NCBI GenBank assembly: GCA_964035545.1
Contig: OZ037767.1
Coordinates: 2,119,680 to 2,183,679, forward strand
Length of the DNA stretch: 64,000 nucleotides
Reading direction: 5' to 3'
Source: Bugula neritina
Taxonomy: Eukaryota > Animalia > Bryozoa
Shown here: positions 39,001 through 53,300 of the stretch, piece by piece
How positions within the stretch are numbered: the stretch's first letter is position 1
How the letters are laid out: each line of letters begins with the position of its first letter
Notes under the pieces: model-generated
Database searches by the model: none
Seen by the model: the letters and a program-made list of their open reading frames with translations, nothing else
What the model was told of the DNA's origin: nothing
Position numbers and translations under genes: made by a program

Positions 39001-42000
39001 AAATATCTAAATGATGTAGTAATCAATATGATGCAATACCTCTAAGAGGATTATCAATTTTCAAATATAATATTTTAAAAGATTAATTAAATTAATGGAA
39101 CTTCAATTTGATGCCCTAACTGTTTCAACTATTATATTATATATAATTGTATCAGAATAGTATAGTTATTAATGAAATGTACATTAGCAACATCTCATCA
39201 ATGAGACTAACATAATAACTATTCAAAGTGAATTTATAATAACTAATTGGGCTGTTTTTGAAAAAAAAAACTGGTCTGCTAGTCTCGTGTGAAGAGCATT
39301 GCACCAATGTTCTACTGCTAGCATACTATAAATAGTTTGAGGGTTGGTAAAAGATGCATATATTTCACCTTAGTAAGTCTGTTAGAGCTTTCTTCCTGTT
39401 ATTAGGTAGAGGTGATTAGAAAGTTACATCAATTAGAAATTATTCATAAGATTTCGTGGAAAGTGAAATTTAATGATTTAAGCAGAAAATCAATTATTAA
39501 ATGAATATTTTTTATCATTCTAATCAATCTTGGCTGGCAGATAAGAAAATATATCAAGTAGACAATTAGCCTAAAGGCTTTTATGTTATTACAGCTATAA
39601 TAGTTCTACATAACTGCTTTCAATTGTCACAGTTTAATGCATGTTGCAAGCTAAAATACCTATAAAGCAGTATAAATTAGTCTGGAAAACTATTACACAA
39701 TAGTACGGAGTTGTAAGGTGGTATAATAATTAATCTATTCATTCCACAGTTGAAAGCAAGTTGCCCTCTAATATTTCAGCTATTAAATAGTTTGTAAGTA
39801 GTTAGAATTTATCTTCTCAGTCTTAATATCATCATGGAAAACCAAGCTTGCAGTTTTGTTTCTACTGGAGATTGTATTTCTGTTGATAGCTTGTTTTGAG
39901 TTTCGACTAAGTTAGCATATGAAGCTAATTAGACCATTCTCAATATTCAAGTTGAATAGAAACATACATCTGGGAGCAGGGAATCAGACAAGCTATTAAA
40001 ACTGGCACGTTTAATTATGCAAAGACCAATACAAAGGCATGAGGATTTACCTATTTTCTCCCTTACATAAAAGTACAAGTAAAATATCAAGCATGAGATA
40101 AATAAAACTATACTTCTGATGTTGTAGTAGCTAGAGTATTGCACACCCAGCATATTATGAGCTTCTGTATGCTAGATCTCTAGCTGTTTAACAAAACCGA
40201 ATAGCTCTGTGCAGCTGACATCTAATTCAACCTTATAACCTCTTTGACCTATTAATAGATATCCATAAATAATTATAACCCAATATTATCATTGAATTCT
40301 ATAATAATTTTTAAGTTTTGGAATCAGGACCTTGGGAAGTTGGTAAGCTCCATTATAAAAATAGTTACTACACTGCCTTGAAATAGATTAAACTTGAACA
40401 AAAACAATACAGTTAGGTTTTTGAAATGTTAACTTGAGGTAAACCTATTGTTATGCAATAAACCAGATATCTCACTGTAGGATGTGGAATTAGACCTTGA
40501 AACACTATCCTTTCCTGTACCAGATGATCTTTTACTAGGGTTACACTGTATTGTATTTAATTCTTGTATGTGGTGTACTTATATTGGCTTTGGTGTCAAA
40601 TCCCACCCGACTCATAAACCTTTAATCACAAAACCTTACGACATTTTCTTCTTTCTTTTTAGGCCTCAAGATATCAATAAGAAGTGAACCTTCTCTTTAT
40701 AACGAAAAGAATTTTTGGATTCTATATTTTTTAAAAAGATTTGATCAAGAAAACAAGAACTTTTGACAAGGAAGGCTCTGTTTGGTAATTATTTTCATAT
40801 ATTTTTTATAAGAAAATTTCACCTAATTGCACAAAGCCCATTATTTTAAGGACGTGGTACTCTACATTAGTATTATTGCCCTCACATTCTTCCATTTTGA
40901 ACAATGGCCAAAGTGTGACAGATGTTTCTTTTAGTGATCTGATCTTTCTTCTGTCATGCTTCGTGTTTGGTCAACATTAGTGATTAGTTAGTCATCTGTT
41001 GTGTTACTATTCATGACTATTGCATTGTATTTTGTCAACACGATAGACTACGGTCATGTGACCTAACAGTGCAAGAATGTAGGGTGCCAGTACAAAAATT
41101 AGTCAATTGTTTCAACAAAGAACCCGGTGGCTAAGACTATTGTGTGAGATCATACTTTCTCTCAAAACAATGCCATTGTTCAGCAGCTTATTAACTAATT
41201 CTTTCAGTTTGTTCTTGTAAAAACAGGCTACTATTCACTGTCCTTTTAAAAATTTAGCTCTTAGCAGTTGAAAGCCATTGGTCTTTGTGCTAACAATAGT
41301 CCTGCAGTCTGCCCCTGTTATTTAGCAAACACATCAAATTATGGCAATTTGCTTAAAGGATTTTTTGTGGTCTTGTTTTGTGAACAGCTTCTTTGTCCAC
41401 CACTGATGTAGTGGGTGTTGAAGAGTAAAAAAATTCTAAGCATTGTATTACATTGGGTAGCCTAGGGAGGATCTACCTGATATTTGTAACAGTATTTAAC
41501 ATATACTGGTATTTCATTCATACTCTATCGTATGACTTACACGCGGATATAGGAGCTCTTACGCTGTCAGCAACTCACAGTAGGTGAGTTCTAAACTTAC
41601 AAACATAGAGACAGCTGCTAGTCAGCCTTTGGAGTCTCATTAAATATTACTAATTGAGAACATGTGAATGACTAAAAATAGATTGACAAAATGGAATATT
41701 TAAAAAAGACAAGACTCTTAGCAGGTTTTGTATTGGGATTTAAAGTCCCACCTACAACTACACGTACATTATTAGCAGGTGTAAGACAATTGCTTCTTGT
41801 CAACATTTTACTTTTAGTTTATTTTTTCAAGTTAGTTTAGACTGCCTATTGTAGCTATTTCTTACATCACTGCCCGTGAAAGCAGTGCAAAGTTGAAAAT
41901 GTAAACTAACGACTTTTGTTTTAGTGAAGTCGTATAATCAACAATTGTAAAAGAGAGTTGCTTTTCTTGTAACTCAATTCTTTTCAGTAGAACTCAGTGA

Positions 42001-45000
42001 GTGGGGCATTTGTTTGATTACGTGCATTTAATTAGTATAATCAATCAGCTAATTATATGGACCTGTCACTCAGCCAATCAGACGATAGGCAGCTATTAGT
42101 TTCATGATAGTTTCAACTCGGTATTTTCAGTAGCATGCTTCTGTGTCATTAGTCAACATTTACTCTGCATCTCTAGGTAAGTCACATTAAAATAGTGAAT
42201 TATCGTGATGGCTTTCCAATACTAACTTACCCAGTAAGATCTACTTGCCTAAACCTACCCTATTTAATATTCTTTCTAATATAGTTCTTGTACAAGATAT
42301 AAGTATGTTTATTACATCGAAGTTTTTCTAATACTGCTTCTGTCATCTTAGAATGTTGAAATCATAGCTCATATTTAAAAAACAGTCAACATAAGGAATA
42401 TACATACAAGTAAAGTGTTCTACCAGATTGATTTACTTATAATTAATGGTTTTAGAGTGTGTTGAATGTCTTTGTCTAGTAAACACTGACATATCAGATA
42501 AACTAATACCAAATAAATCAGTATAGAATATTCTATGATAATTAACTGCTTGAAATCTGTTTGTTCCCAATTAAGTTTCTGTTAGAAGTAACCACCACAG
42601 TACTCCATTCATCAGAATATTGTAGCCGAAACATTAATCAGTTATAAGTTCTACCAGAGCATCTGTATGTGAAGGTACTCTATATTAATTTGGGAAGAAG
42701 GAGAACTACAACGGCTTACTAGGGCTCCCAACTTTTAATTTGGTACCTGCATCTTTTGATGATCATTGCACTAGTTTATAAATAACTATATAAAAGGCCG
42801 TGCAGATCTGTAAATACATCTTATTGTCATTCTCAGCACAGAATCTAGTATACAGAACAAAAGCCAGCTTTCTTAGGGAATGCATCAGTAATCTTGCTTT
42901 TACTACATTTTAATTAAAGTCAAAACCCTTGCTATTTTTATGTTGTATAGCAAGGTACTAAAGTCACTGTCGGTCTCATGCTTTCTTTGCTTAGCATAAA
43001 ATTATTTTCATTAGCAATTAATTAGTAAATTATTTTTTGATGCTAAAATCAACAGGTATTGGTAGCACTTTTAAGGATGAGGTTAGAAAGAAAGCAAACG
43101 AGTTTATCTAACATCCTGTGCCTTCCCTAGGATAAAGTGGAGAGCTAAAATGTGAATTAGATATAAACAATCTCCAGCTGGGAGATTATCTCCAAGCTAT
43201 TGTATTGAATAGAAAGTAGCCATGTTTCCTACACCTTGTAAAAACTGATAACCAGTTCTATTACCAGTAGGCATATAATTACGATGTTATGCTGGTAGTG
43301 ATGGCATTGCGCTGTATATAGTTGAATGCTGAAATACAAAATAACTCGGGTTGTTTTCTAATGTTACCGGATACATTTACAACCCCATCATTGTGTCGAA
43401 AGTTTGTATTATTAATATTACAACAATGTCTAAAATATGAGTTATTTGCCCTTGGCTATTTTTCTCTACTTTCAGCTACTCAAAATTAAGGTGGCTCAGG
43501 TTCTAGTTTGTTGGTTGATCTGAAGTTCGAGGGGCTCTTGATGTAATTCGCTCAACTTTGCTGTTTGATACTTTGTGTTGTTTCCAGACAGGCTGGTATT
43601 GTATTATCGCAAAGTGTCAGGTTTGCCTCTAGTCATGTGATCACTGATGTCCAAATATATTCTCTATAGCATATATCTCAAATAGTTTTGCTTTCAAAAA
43701 TTCTAGCATTGGCTCTGTCACAGTGAATTAGCAATAACTTGTTGCGATGTCAATGTTTAATATATTTTAATGTGAGCAATTCAAAATAAAACAGTTTTAT
43801 TTCCAAACTTTCAATAGAAACTTTAGTAGCAGTGACTACTTTACTCTGTGAACCATTTAGTTTTTGCAGAATTAAGGTATTTCATCCTATATACGATGAC
43901 TTTATGTTAAAGTTAAATGCTACTTTACATGGAAGCAAGACACGAAGACATCTGTTTCTGTAATTACATATTTGTGCAGATGCATTTATGCAGTTGATAT
44001 ATAAGTACTATGGGCATGCCACAGCAAAAAGCACCTGCAGTCTCATGGCAACTGGGAGCACTTGCAACATACTGCCTAAGGCTGTTCACATGTCATGATC
44101 AGTCAGCACTGCTAAAAGTCAAGTCGATTATACAACCAGTCTAACTGCTGTGACTATTAATTCTCATAAAACATTTCTTTATTTAGCATTTAGACTAGCA
44201 TTGGGGTTGTAATTAGCTACTCCGTCTCTTGAGACAGCGATGACTACCTCAGCCTCGGGCAGCTTGTCAGTTATAGTGCTGCCTCAAAAGTATAGAATAT
44301 GTTACTAACATAGAATATTGATATTAAGTTGATATTACAGCCTTGTAACACCATACCGAATGCAATTATTTCTATCAAGTTACTCCTATATATGTTTTGT
44401 GTGAGTCAATTAATTCAATGAAAATTTTAGTAATTTTATCTTTTTATTTCTAGATTATCTTATTACTATTTGTGTGCATTGTGCACCTGCTGTCTATGTA
44501 CACTGCAGTAGTATTTTACTCCTATTTGTTTCAATTTCCTTCTTCGTATGAAATTTCATTTGTCTTCCAGGATGCCAATGTACAGCAAACCCATTATAAA
44601 AATGAACATTATTTATGTTGTCTTATAATTGTGTTCTGTGGGTTGGTGACTAAATTGACTTTTCCTCTTTGTCAACTCAGGAAACAGCTGTTTGAATTAA
44701 AACTTTTTTAAACAAAAGCCTAGACACTAACTAGTCTGCTAATTGCCTAGCAAAACAATGATTGCTCCACTATTTAGTTTATTTAATTGAGGCAAATGTA
44801 ATTTTTGTTTTTCTTTTCTTTTGTAACTTTGTATGCAACGTTGCTCTGTTTCAAATTCATGTTTGCTTAACCTTCCCAAATTAGGTTCATTATTCATAAC
44901 CACAAACCCTCAGTTCCGTTGAACAGAAGTAAAAACGAATTGGCTTGAATTGGTTAACTTCTTTAACTGAAAAATATGTTTTCTCTATTATCCAGTTTGT

Positions 45001-48000
45001 TCATTTTACTTTAATTATTTTATTATTATAGGAAACGTACAATTTATAAGTGCAAGGTGCTGGCTTCGTTATATTACCAGTTATTATTCTTCTTTTGCAA
45101 GTAAATTCTCACTATAGTTTAGTGACTGCCAGGCAAACAAGCAGAAAAATCAATTTCTGAAAGAATAATTCAATGAAATCTGTAACCAAAGCATTAGTCC
45201 CAAATCCCATGCATGCGAGCCTTGAGGGCATATTGAAACCCAAGTGTATTATTTATAACAATAATTCCAGACTACCCCGTTGGTCTACAGCATTATAATT
45301 ACCAATATTTATAGTGTTTCAATTTAAGCTAGTAACACTAGATTCAATTTTGTATGTACATATGTGTATAGTATTTTAGAGGTTTCCCATACATGTCATT
45401 TTAAACAAAATTGTTTCGTTAGAACTGATTTAGTTTTACGGTACATCATGTGACAGTCGTAAGCCAGTACTTGGCAGGTCTGAAGATTGACAGGTCATTC
45501 AGTTATTCAGTGGCGAGTGGAATTAGTGCCAATTTCCATAAAATCGATCAGCTGGTACATAATACTAGTTGATACTATCGAGCTATGCTGCTTGTTAAAT
45601 GGTGGCTAACTCTGTATCCAAACTCAATTTGTTTTAGCTAATTAGAATAAGTTTGTTTTTAAAATTAGCTAGTCGCATTGCAAACGGCAGTTGTTGGTTT
45701 TACTAAACGATACTGCAGCCTATTCAAGTAGACTATAGACAATCATTGTGACAGAACTTGTTTAAAAATTAGAGCTTGATCTCTAATGAATATAATGAGA
45801 CCAGTTTTTGTCCTATGAACTTAAAATATGTCATTGGAAATATATTTATAAAATGAAAAACAAATTTATGTTTTTGAAATTAGTATGTTTGTATAATTAA
45901 ATAAAATCAGCAAAGTACGAGACACAATAAAAAAACTGGTTTATGCAGTAAAGTCAACAAAAATAGTTGAAAAAATGAAACTGGCTTGTACAAAGTCATT
46001 CTGAACTCATGTTATTAACATAATTTAAACATGTAATAAACACCTAACATGAAAAAATAAGGGTAGCCATATATTTGATACAGGGACAACTTCAAAGGCC
46101 CACTGATGGCTAGAACAGGTGGGCACAAGTACCAGCTGTCATGTAGTAACAAGCTAAACATTTCCACTACATGTAGCAACTGCTGCATCTGTAACAACTG
46201 CTGCCAGCGCTGCCAGTAGACTGGATTCAGACTGAGCTGACTCTAAGCCTCTATATAAATATTTGCTGACGCTGATTTAAACACCTTTAAGGCTAGTAAA
46301 CTTGAAATGCCTTTTAATAATTGCTGAAAAATATTGAGTATGCCTTAAGGCTCTGAAACCCCAACTGCAGTATATATAAAATAATACAAAATCAACAGCA
46401 GTTGGGAATGTTCTAGATTATTGGCTCCTCCAGGAGAAAAACCAGTAGCTGTTGACTCACGAAGAATTACAGTTTATCTGTTAATAGAAAGGTTAAGTTC
46501 AGTAGAGCCAGTAAAACATTAATAAACTCACTGCCATCATAAAAGATGAATCTTGATAATAAGAATATAAAAGATTTTTATTGCCAAAAGCTTTGCTTCC
46601 TTTTACTATCACAACTAATTATCTTGATGGCATAGTTGTAACTAACTCAACATTGCACCTGTTTTATCCACAAGCCAGTTGGTTACAATGGACATGTCCA
46701 TAACTTTTGATCACTCAAAATCAAAAGACTTTTTGCTATTTCCTGAATTAATAGTTTGTGCAATTTTAAGGTTGATGATTCCATCAGTGACTTAAGAATA
46801 AGTATAACATTAGGCATAAGGTTCATGTTAATTTTTATAATACTATCACTATTTCTGAAACTTGACTTTTCAGAGTTTCATAAAGCAGACTAAACAAATA
46901 GTCTTAGAGTTTTCTCTCATGCAGCCAGGGCTTTGTTTCTAATCAATCTTCAGGGAAAAAAGTCAAACATAGAGTTTGTCAACAAAATTTTCTGGCTAGT
47001 GATGGTTGCCATTGCACAGTTTTGATAATTTCATACATTTCACACTTCCGGAAAGCCTTTTATTTGCAATTAGTTCGAAGGACTTATCTGTTTTCTAGTC
47101 TGCTTCGGAAGTGAAAAATTGGTTGGCAGATTGTTGAGTGAAAATTTGGCAAAATTAGCACTGTGTATATTAAATTATGTACAGTGATGTGCACTTAGGA
47201 TCAGCTTTTGGAGTCGAGTGCCGGTGGCAACTCTTAACTCCACTTAGAACTTGTTTATGCTTGTGGTTTGACTGACATTTTCACACATTCGCGACTTTGA
47301 TCAAACACTAATGTACAAAAGGCTTTCTTGTTTGTTTATTTCGAGAAGTACGTGCTGCTTGGTATTTATTAAGCTCCTCCCCTGCTGTTAAAATAGCTGT
47401 CCGTTAGCGTCGCCATTCATTTTCACTTAGCCATAATTCTTTACTGACAAATTAGTTATGCAGTTATTGTTTCCCCACCCATTCTGTGTGTTGAAGCTAA
47501 ATATTGAATTAAATAATTGGGGCTTCAATCATAAATCGTATTCGTAGTCATAGAAACAGAGTGATGAGTGAGTGTGGGCATTATAATGAAAGCTGCTGTA
47601 CAAACGCGGGCAGTAGCAGTTTACTGTTTAGGCTGGTAGAGAGTGGACTGTTTTATTAACGCGAGTTTATCCTTAGACCTCATTGCTGCAGAAGGATATT
47701 GCTAAGCACTACGGTAAGTTCACAGTTGGTAATAAAACAGGTTAGTTTCTGTGACAATATTCTAATTCTGAGAGCCCTACTGGTGCTCATTCTGCAGGCT
47801 AACAAAAGGTAAATAACTATAAGTTTGATTTTTTTGCTCTTCTTTACTCCAGCATCTTAGTTGAATTTTCTTCATAGAATTAGATATTCACTCTAATCAG
47901 TAAGTCTGTAAACCTGCATTAGTTTTAAGATATACATAGTTATAGCTTGTAACCTGAGCAGCTATGTTATATTCACCGCCTAAGGGTCAAGTGTAAATTA

Positions 48001-48988
48001 CAGATAAAAGTCCTGAAGTAAACCTTAATTTTAAATGTACTGCTTATTAACATCAGTCAAGTGTCAGAGGTATATTAAATTGAAAATCAAAATAGGCTCA
48101 ACATTACTAAAGTTGATGAATGTTAAGTTCTATTGAGTATTGACTATTGTCTTTCAACAGCTGATGTAATAACTGATACTGATAGCTGTGTAAATTTATA
48201 TTTGCAAGAAAATGTTTAGAAACAACATTTTCAGTATTCTTTTCAACCATTTCACTGCTTGCCTATAACAGACATAAAGATGTATGTGGCTCGGTAATGG
48301 TACATGTATCTCTATTGAATTTAATCCACAACTCAAGTATTATTCTATTATTTCTAGTTCTTATTATTATAGTTATGTTGTACATACTATACTATACTAT
48401 ACTGTCACCTCTGGTAACAACTATAAGAATTGATATCCTTTTTCTTGTCTGAAACCTTTGCCTTTGGTCTCATACTCAGATGGCTTTGTTATACTGAATA
48501 TACTGAATATAGTTTTCCTTTCCCCTATGCCAACAGTTGTTGAATTATATTTTCTTTTAGCTGCTATAAGTACTAGTATATTCATATTGCTTAATTTTTG
48601 TATAAAAAGACTACAACTACCTGCATAGCAGAACCTTTGCACTTATTGACACCATACCAGGTCTTTTCTCTTGCAAAATACTCATATTGTAAAGGTTTCG
48701 TACTTCAAGATAATAAAATAAAAAATTGGAATTTTTAGTTAAAGATCTCCGGCTTCTTGGATTAATCTATAAAACAGACAAATAACTCATCAAGAAATAG
48801 TTTAATTATTCTAAAAGTGACAAGTAATTATTAGTTGCTGGGATCTGGTTTTACTTCTACTATTCTACTTCAATTCCTAGAGCTGGTGATTCATCAAGTT
48901 GAGTTGTGGTTTAAATAAATCCTATTCAGATTGTCAGCATTGGCCATGATAGTTGGCAAAATTAGCAATACCCTGCAGTGTGCTAAAA

Positions 48989-49116
48989 TAACCAAAGATT
49001 ATACTCATTTAGTATAAGATATTCTCAATGTAACCAAAGAGCGTAGTCATTCAGTAGAGCCTGTTCCTAAGATAACCAAAGAGTATGGTCGGTCAGTATA
49101 ACATAGTCTTCAGATA
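48989..49116. repeat. Old 42-bp tandem repeat x3
   Basis: TAACCAAAGA...TCATT(C/T)AGTA at 48989, 49031 and 49073. Confidence 0.7.
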
Positions 49117-50313
49117 TAATTAGGATATTAATTCCTGAGCTATTATCTAGAATATAATACTATATAGCCCACTGTCCAATAAAACAGCTAAATAGTTTGG
49201 ACTTGAGCCACTACTCTCCATACACTGTGTTTAGTTATAGAGAATATGCCTACAGCTAATTGTCTAAAATTATGTTGATTTATATATAAGTACTGAGTAC
49301 TGCATCAATCTGTCAGCAATTTTCTGGGTTATTCTGAAATTATGAGCTGCCTGCTGTTTGTTCATTGTTGAGTTTATCCTGTATGCTTTCCTTTCAATTA
49401 CAACTTACAATATAATGAGACAGCATGTGGATAGTAGTAATTACAATGGAGCAAGTCCCATGAGCTTGCTTTCTCTCTATAAAGCCCCAAACATATGCTT
49501 GAATATAATTATTTGTAATTTGACTTTTATCCCATATTTGGCTGCCAAACAGCTCTCCCTACATATAAAGGTGCAGCAATGGAGAATTCGCGACTTAAAT
49601 TCTTTCTTTTTTATGGATTTTAAAATTCTCAGAAGAAAAAAAAACTTTTGCTACTTTTCCTTTCTAGAATACAAGCTTATTCTTTCAATTTTGCCATTAT
49701 TGCATCTACCCTCTCAACTCCACAATGCTATTTTCTTTTTGAAAAATATAAGCTGACACTCATTTAGCGCGTTGAATATCAATATCTGTGTGAGAAACAT
49801 TTTATTGATGTTTTAGTACTTGCTGGTAATAAAAATCATGGTTGCTTAATTTCCAAAACTATTGCCAAGATACATAAATATATGACTGATCAAACAGAGG
49901 TTGAGTATCAGAAAGCCTTCTGCTGTAATAAAACCAATTAGTAACACAGCCATAGCTGTCCAGCTGCAAGCTGATTCATCTTATTCCAGCCTGCCTGCTG
50001 CTGTATTCGGCTCATTTACCAACCACTTTTATGGTAAAAGTAACAGTTAAGATTTATTCAGCCATAACTTAAATACCAAACTTTATGACCACTTGATCCT
50101 TGGCTGGCATACAAGTTATTATAATGTCTGTTAGCTGAATTATTATTGCTAAAGTTTAGGGGATTTTTGGAGACTGCTGATGCTGAGAGGAGCAAGAATT
50201 TTCAAATGTAATTGAATAAAAAATGGCTATAAACAAGTTATTTCTTACTCATGGCACCAGTAATAAGTGGGTTTGTTGTTTTTTGCAGAAAACAGAGCTA
50301 GAGAGTGAAAACA

Positions 50314-53300
50314 ATGGGGTTATGGAAGCCCTTGATTTATTTATGTTTTCTGGGAAGTTTGGCCTACAGTTCAGAATGCCCTAGCAGCTGCAGATGTATA
50401 GAAACTCCTACCTACAAAGTAGATTGCAGTAACTCTGGGCTAACATCTGTACCAAAGGTAGGTTGGAGCTCACGGATTGGGTTTTGAGTTTAAGGCCTTG
50501 TATGATTTAATATCTCATTTGCTTAAACTTATTTGAAGTTATTTTAAAAGATAGTAGATCAAAGTACGGGCAAAACAAAACTTTTATTGCTTATTTAGTG
50601 TATGTTTATATTATACTAAACCTTTAATGCAAATGGCAGAAATTGATAAATTACTGTAGCATGGGCAACAATAGTTGGATGACAGATAACTGTATAGAAA
50701 TTCGATTAATAAAACCACTGCCCTTATTGAATGGAATGGTGTTAATAACCCCAACTCTCAAGGAATCATATCTCTGGCAGATGTGATGAGATTAAACTTA
50801 TCATTCAGTGCAAACCGTTCCATCAGTGATTGCCAAAGCAATTTAAAATGACATGAAACCAAAAACCTGCATAATAATAAAACCGCTAACCGAGGTTCAG
50901 CATTGTATATTCAAGCTAGTAATGTGTGATTTTTTACTATTTTACCAAGCACCTAGTGCACATTTAGATTCTGTCTCCCACTATACATACCCCTTGACCT
51001 TAGGATGTCATTTATGGCAGTTATTTTATGTTTATATTAAATAGAAATATTATGCTGGTGGAAGCTTATTATAGACAAGATGATGTGAAACTGAAAAAAT
51101 ATGCTAAATTTGGTTTCAGGCAGAAATAAGACCCACTATACCCTGTACCCAGCCTTATTTATGATATCATAGTTTCCTGTCACGAACAGCTACAAGCTTC
51201 ATTATACTAAAAACTTAACTTAGCTTTTTTGATCTTTTTTGGAAAAATCAAACAAAGTGATAATAGTGTGTTGTGAGAAATTCTTAGACATTTTGATGAA
51301 CGAACCATGTTAAATTTTTAGTTGAACGAGATATATTTAGGAACAATTTAAACATAAACTTATTTGAAAAAGCTAGTTGCATTGAATATCTGACACAATT
51401 TTCCCACCCATTCAAGACTTGCCCATATATGGTAGACTCATTTTGGTAAGCTGAAGCACTAAGTGCCATGAAGTTAATTAATGCCAAGTTTGAGTTCATA
51501 ATTTTAAAACAAATAATGCTTCTACCAGAACCACAATACACTCATCACCTCCATTTCCTCTCATTTCAGCTGCCTATTGAGACCGAGATTGTTGACTTGT
51601 CTGGAAACTCCATCAAACTGCTGCCAAACAGCACATTTTCTCCAATCTTGAAAACCATTGACTTATCTGGCAATGGATTAGTAAGACTAGAGCTCAATGC
51701 ATTTGCTGATCTTAGAGAACTGACTAAACTTGATCTCTCCTCTAATAACTTGGACAGTAAGTTTTCCATTTGATTATCTGATGATTGATACACAATGTTG
51801 ATCTCTTGCAAATAGGAATTTGGTTAATAATGGTAGGCATTAGCGGTTTTCATCAAAGTTGTAGATTCCCTTTAGTTTATTATGATATTTTTATTTTCTA
51901 GTTGCAATAACTTGTTTGCATTGTTTACAGAACTAAGGTTTTTGACGATTCTTTAAAAAAATCATATGATTGTAGAGCATAACTTACTTATTTGAAAGAT
52001 ATAAACTTATAGCATAATTTTAAATTGCATTGCGAAACTTTCGAATTGCCACTTATGCTGTCCCTGTTTGTGGTAGACAATGACTTCAGGGAGCAGGAAC
52101 TGTTCAGAGGGTGCAGAGAGGTTCAGGATTTGAATCTGAGTAGAAATTCCCTGACTCAGATACCTGACAAAGGCTTTCAGCTGCTGACTAAACTAGTCAA
52201 GTTGGATTTGTCCAACAACATGCTGGAGGACCCGACCTTTGGAGCCGAATACGTTTCTATAGATGTATGCACAAAGTGTTTGCTACAATTTTATTTTCCT
52301 TTTAAAAACACTCATCAGACTAACAGAACTTAAATTTTTATATTTTTCAAGTTGAGCAAATAATCAGCTTGAGGTTATTTAAATTTTTTTGATCAATTAA
52401 TTAATTTTTAAGTTAGGCAGCATTCAGTATGGCAGTGTTGTTTTTCAAAATTTCTTGTCCCAATATTTTACTTATGTTGTTACAGAGGCTAGAATATGTA
52501 GACCTAAGTGGCAACAACTTTATGCAAATACATCATCACTCTTTTCAAGTTCTTCGTGACCTGAAAACTCTAAATCTATCCAACAGTCAAGTTCACAGCA
52601 TCGAAACTAGTGAGTCAATTTATTCCCAGTATTCAAATTATGTTGCAAAATATTTCAGGAACTGAAGTTAAACTCTTTGTTCAGTTGGTCAAAGTGATTT
52701 CCATCAAACTTAGAACAATATAACAAACATCTTGCAAGATCAAAGCATATTTAGCCAAAATATAACAGACCTTGCCATAAGTTTATTAATGCCATCACAA
52801 ATTTGTTACCCTACTTGCTTTTGTTTGCATTTCACTAGAAGCTGAATTATACTGTTTGAAACACAAGTAAATTTCCAAAGTAAATTAATCAGCTTATAGA
52901 TTGAACTGTAACTCTGCAAAAAATATTGAGAATTAATTTTAGATACTTCATCCTAAAGTCTGATAGAAAATTCAATTAATCAAATCTAATTAAAACTTTG
53001 AACTTTCTAATATACTTCAGTGTGTTTTTTATTATTGTAGATGCATTTCAAACGATAGATAACTTGGTAAACTTTGACATTAGCAACAACAAAGCCATAA
53101 ATCAGGAAGAGTTGAATGCCACTATTCAAAGCGTGTGTCGGTCTCAGAGGCTATCCACCCTTAAATTAGCTCACCTAAATATCTCAAACTTGAGCTATGT
53201 ACTGGAACCGTTGCGTTTTGCTGGTAGGTAAAAAGAGCCTTTGATATAAACAAAGCCAATATCAACTATTGACATAGTTGCGTGATAGTTGAAGGAAACG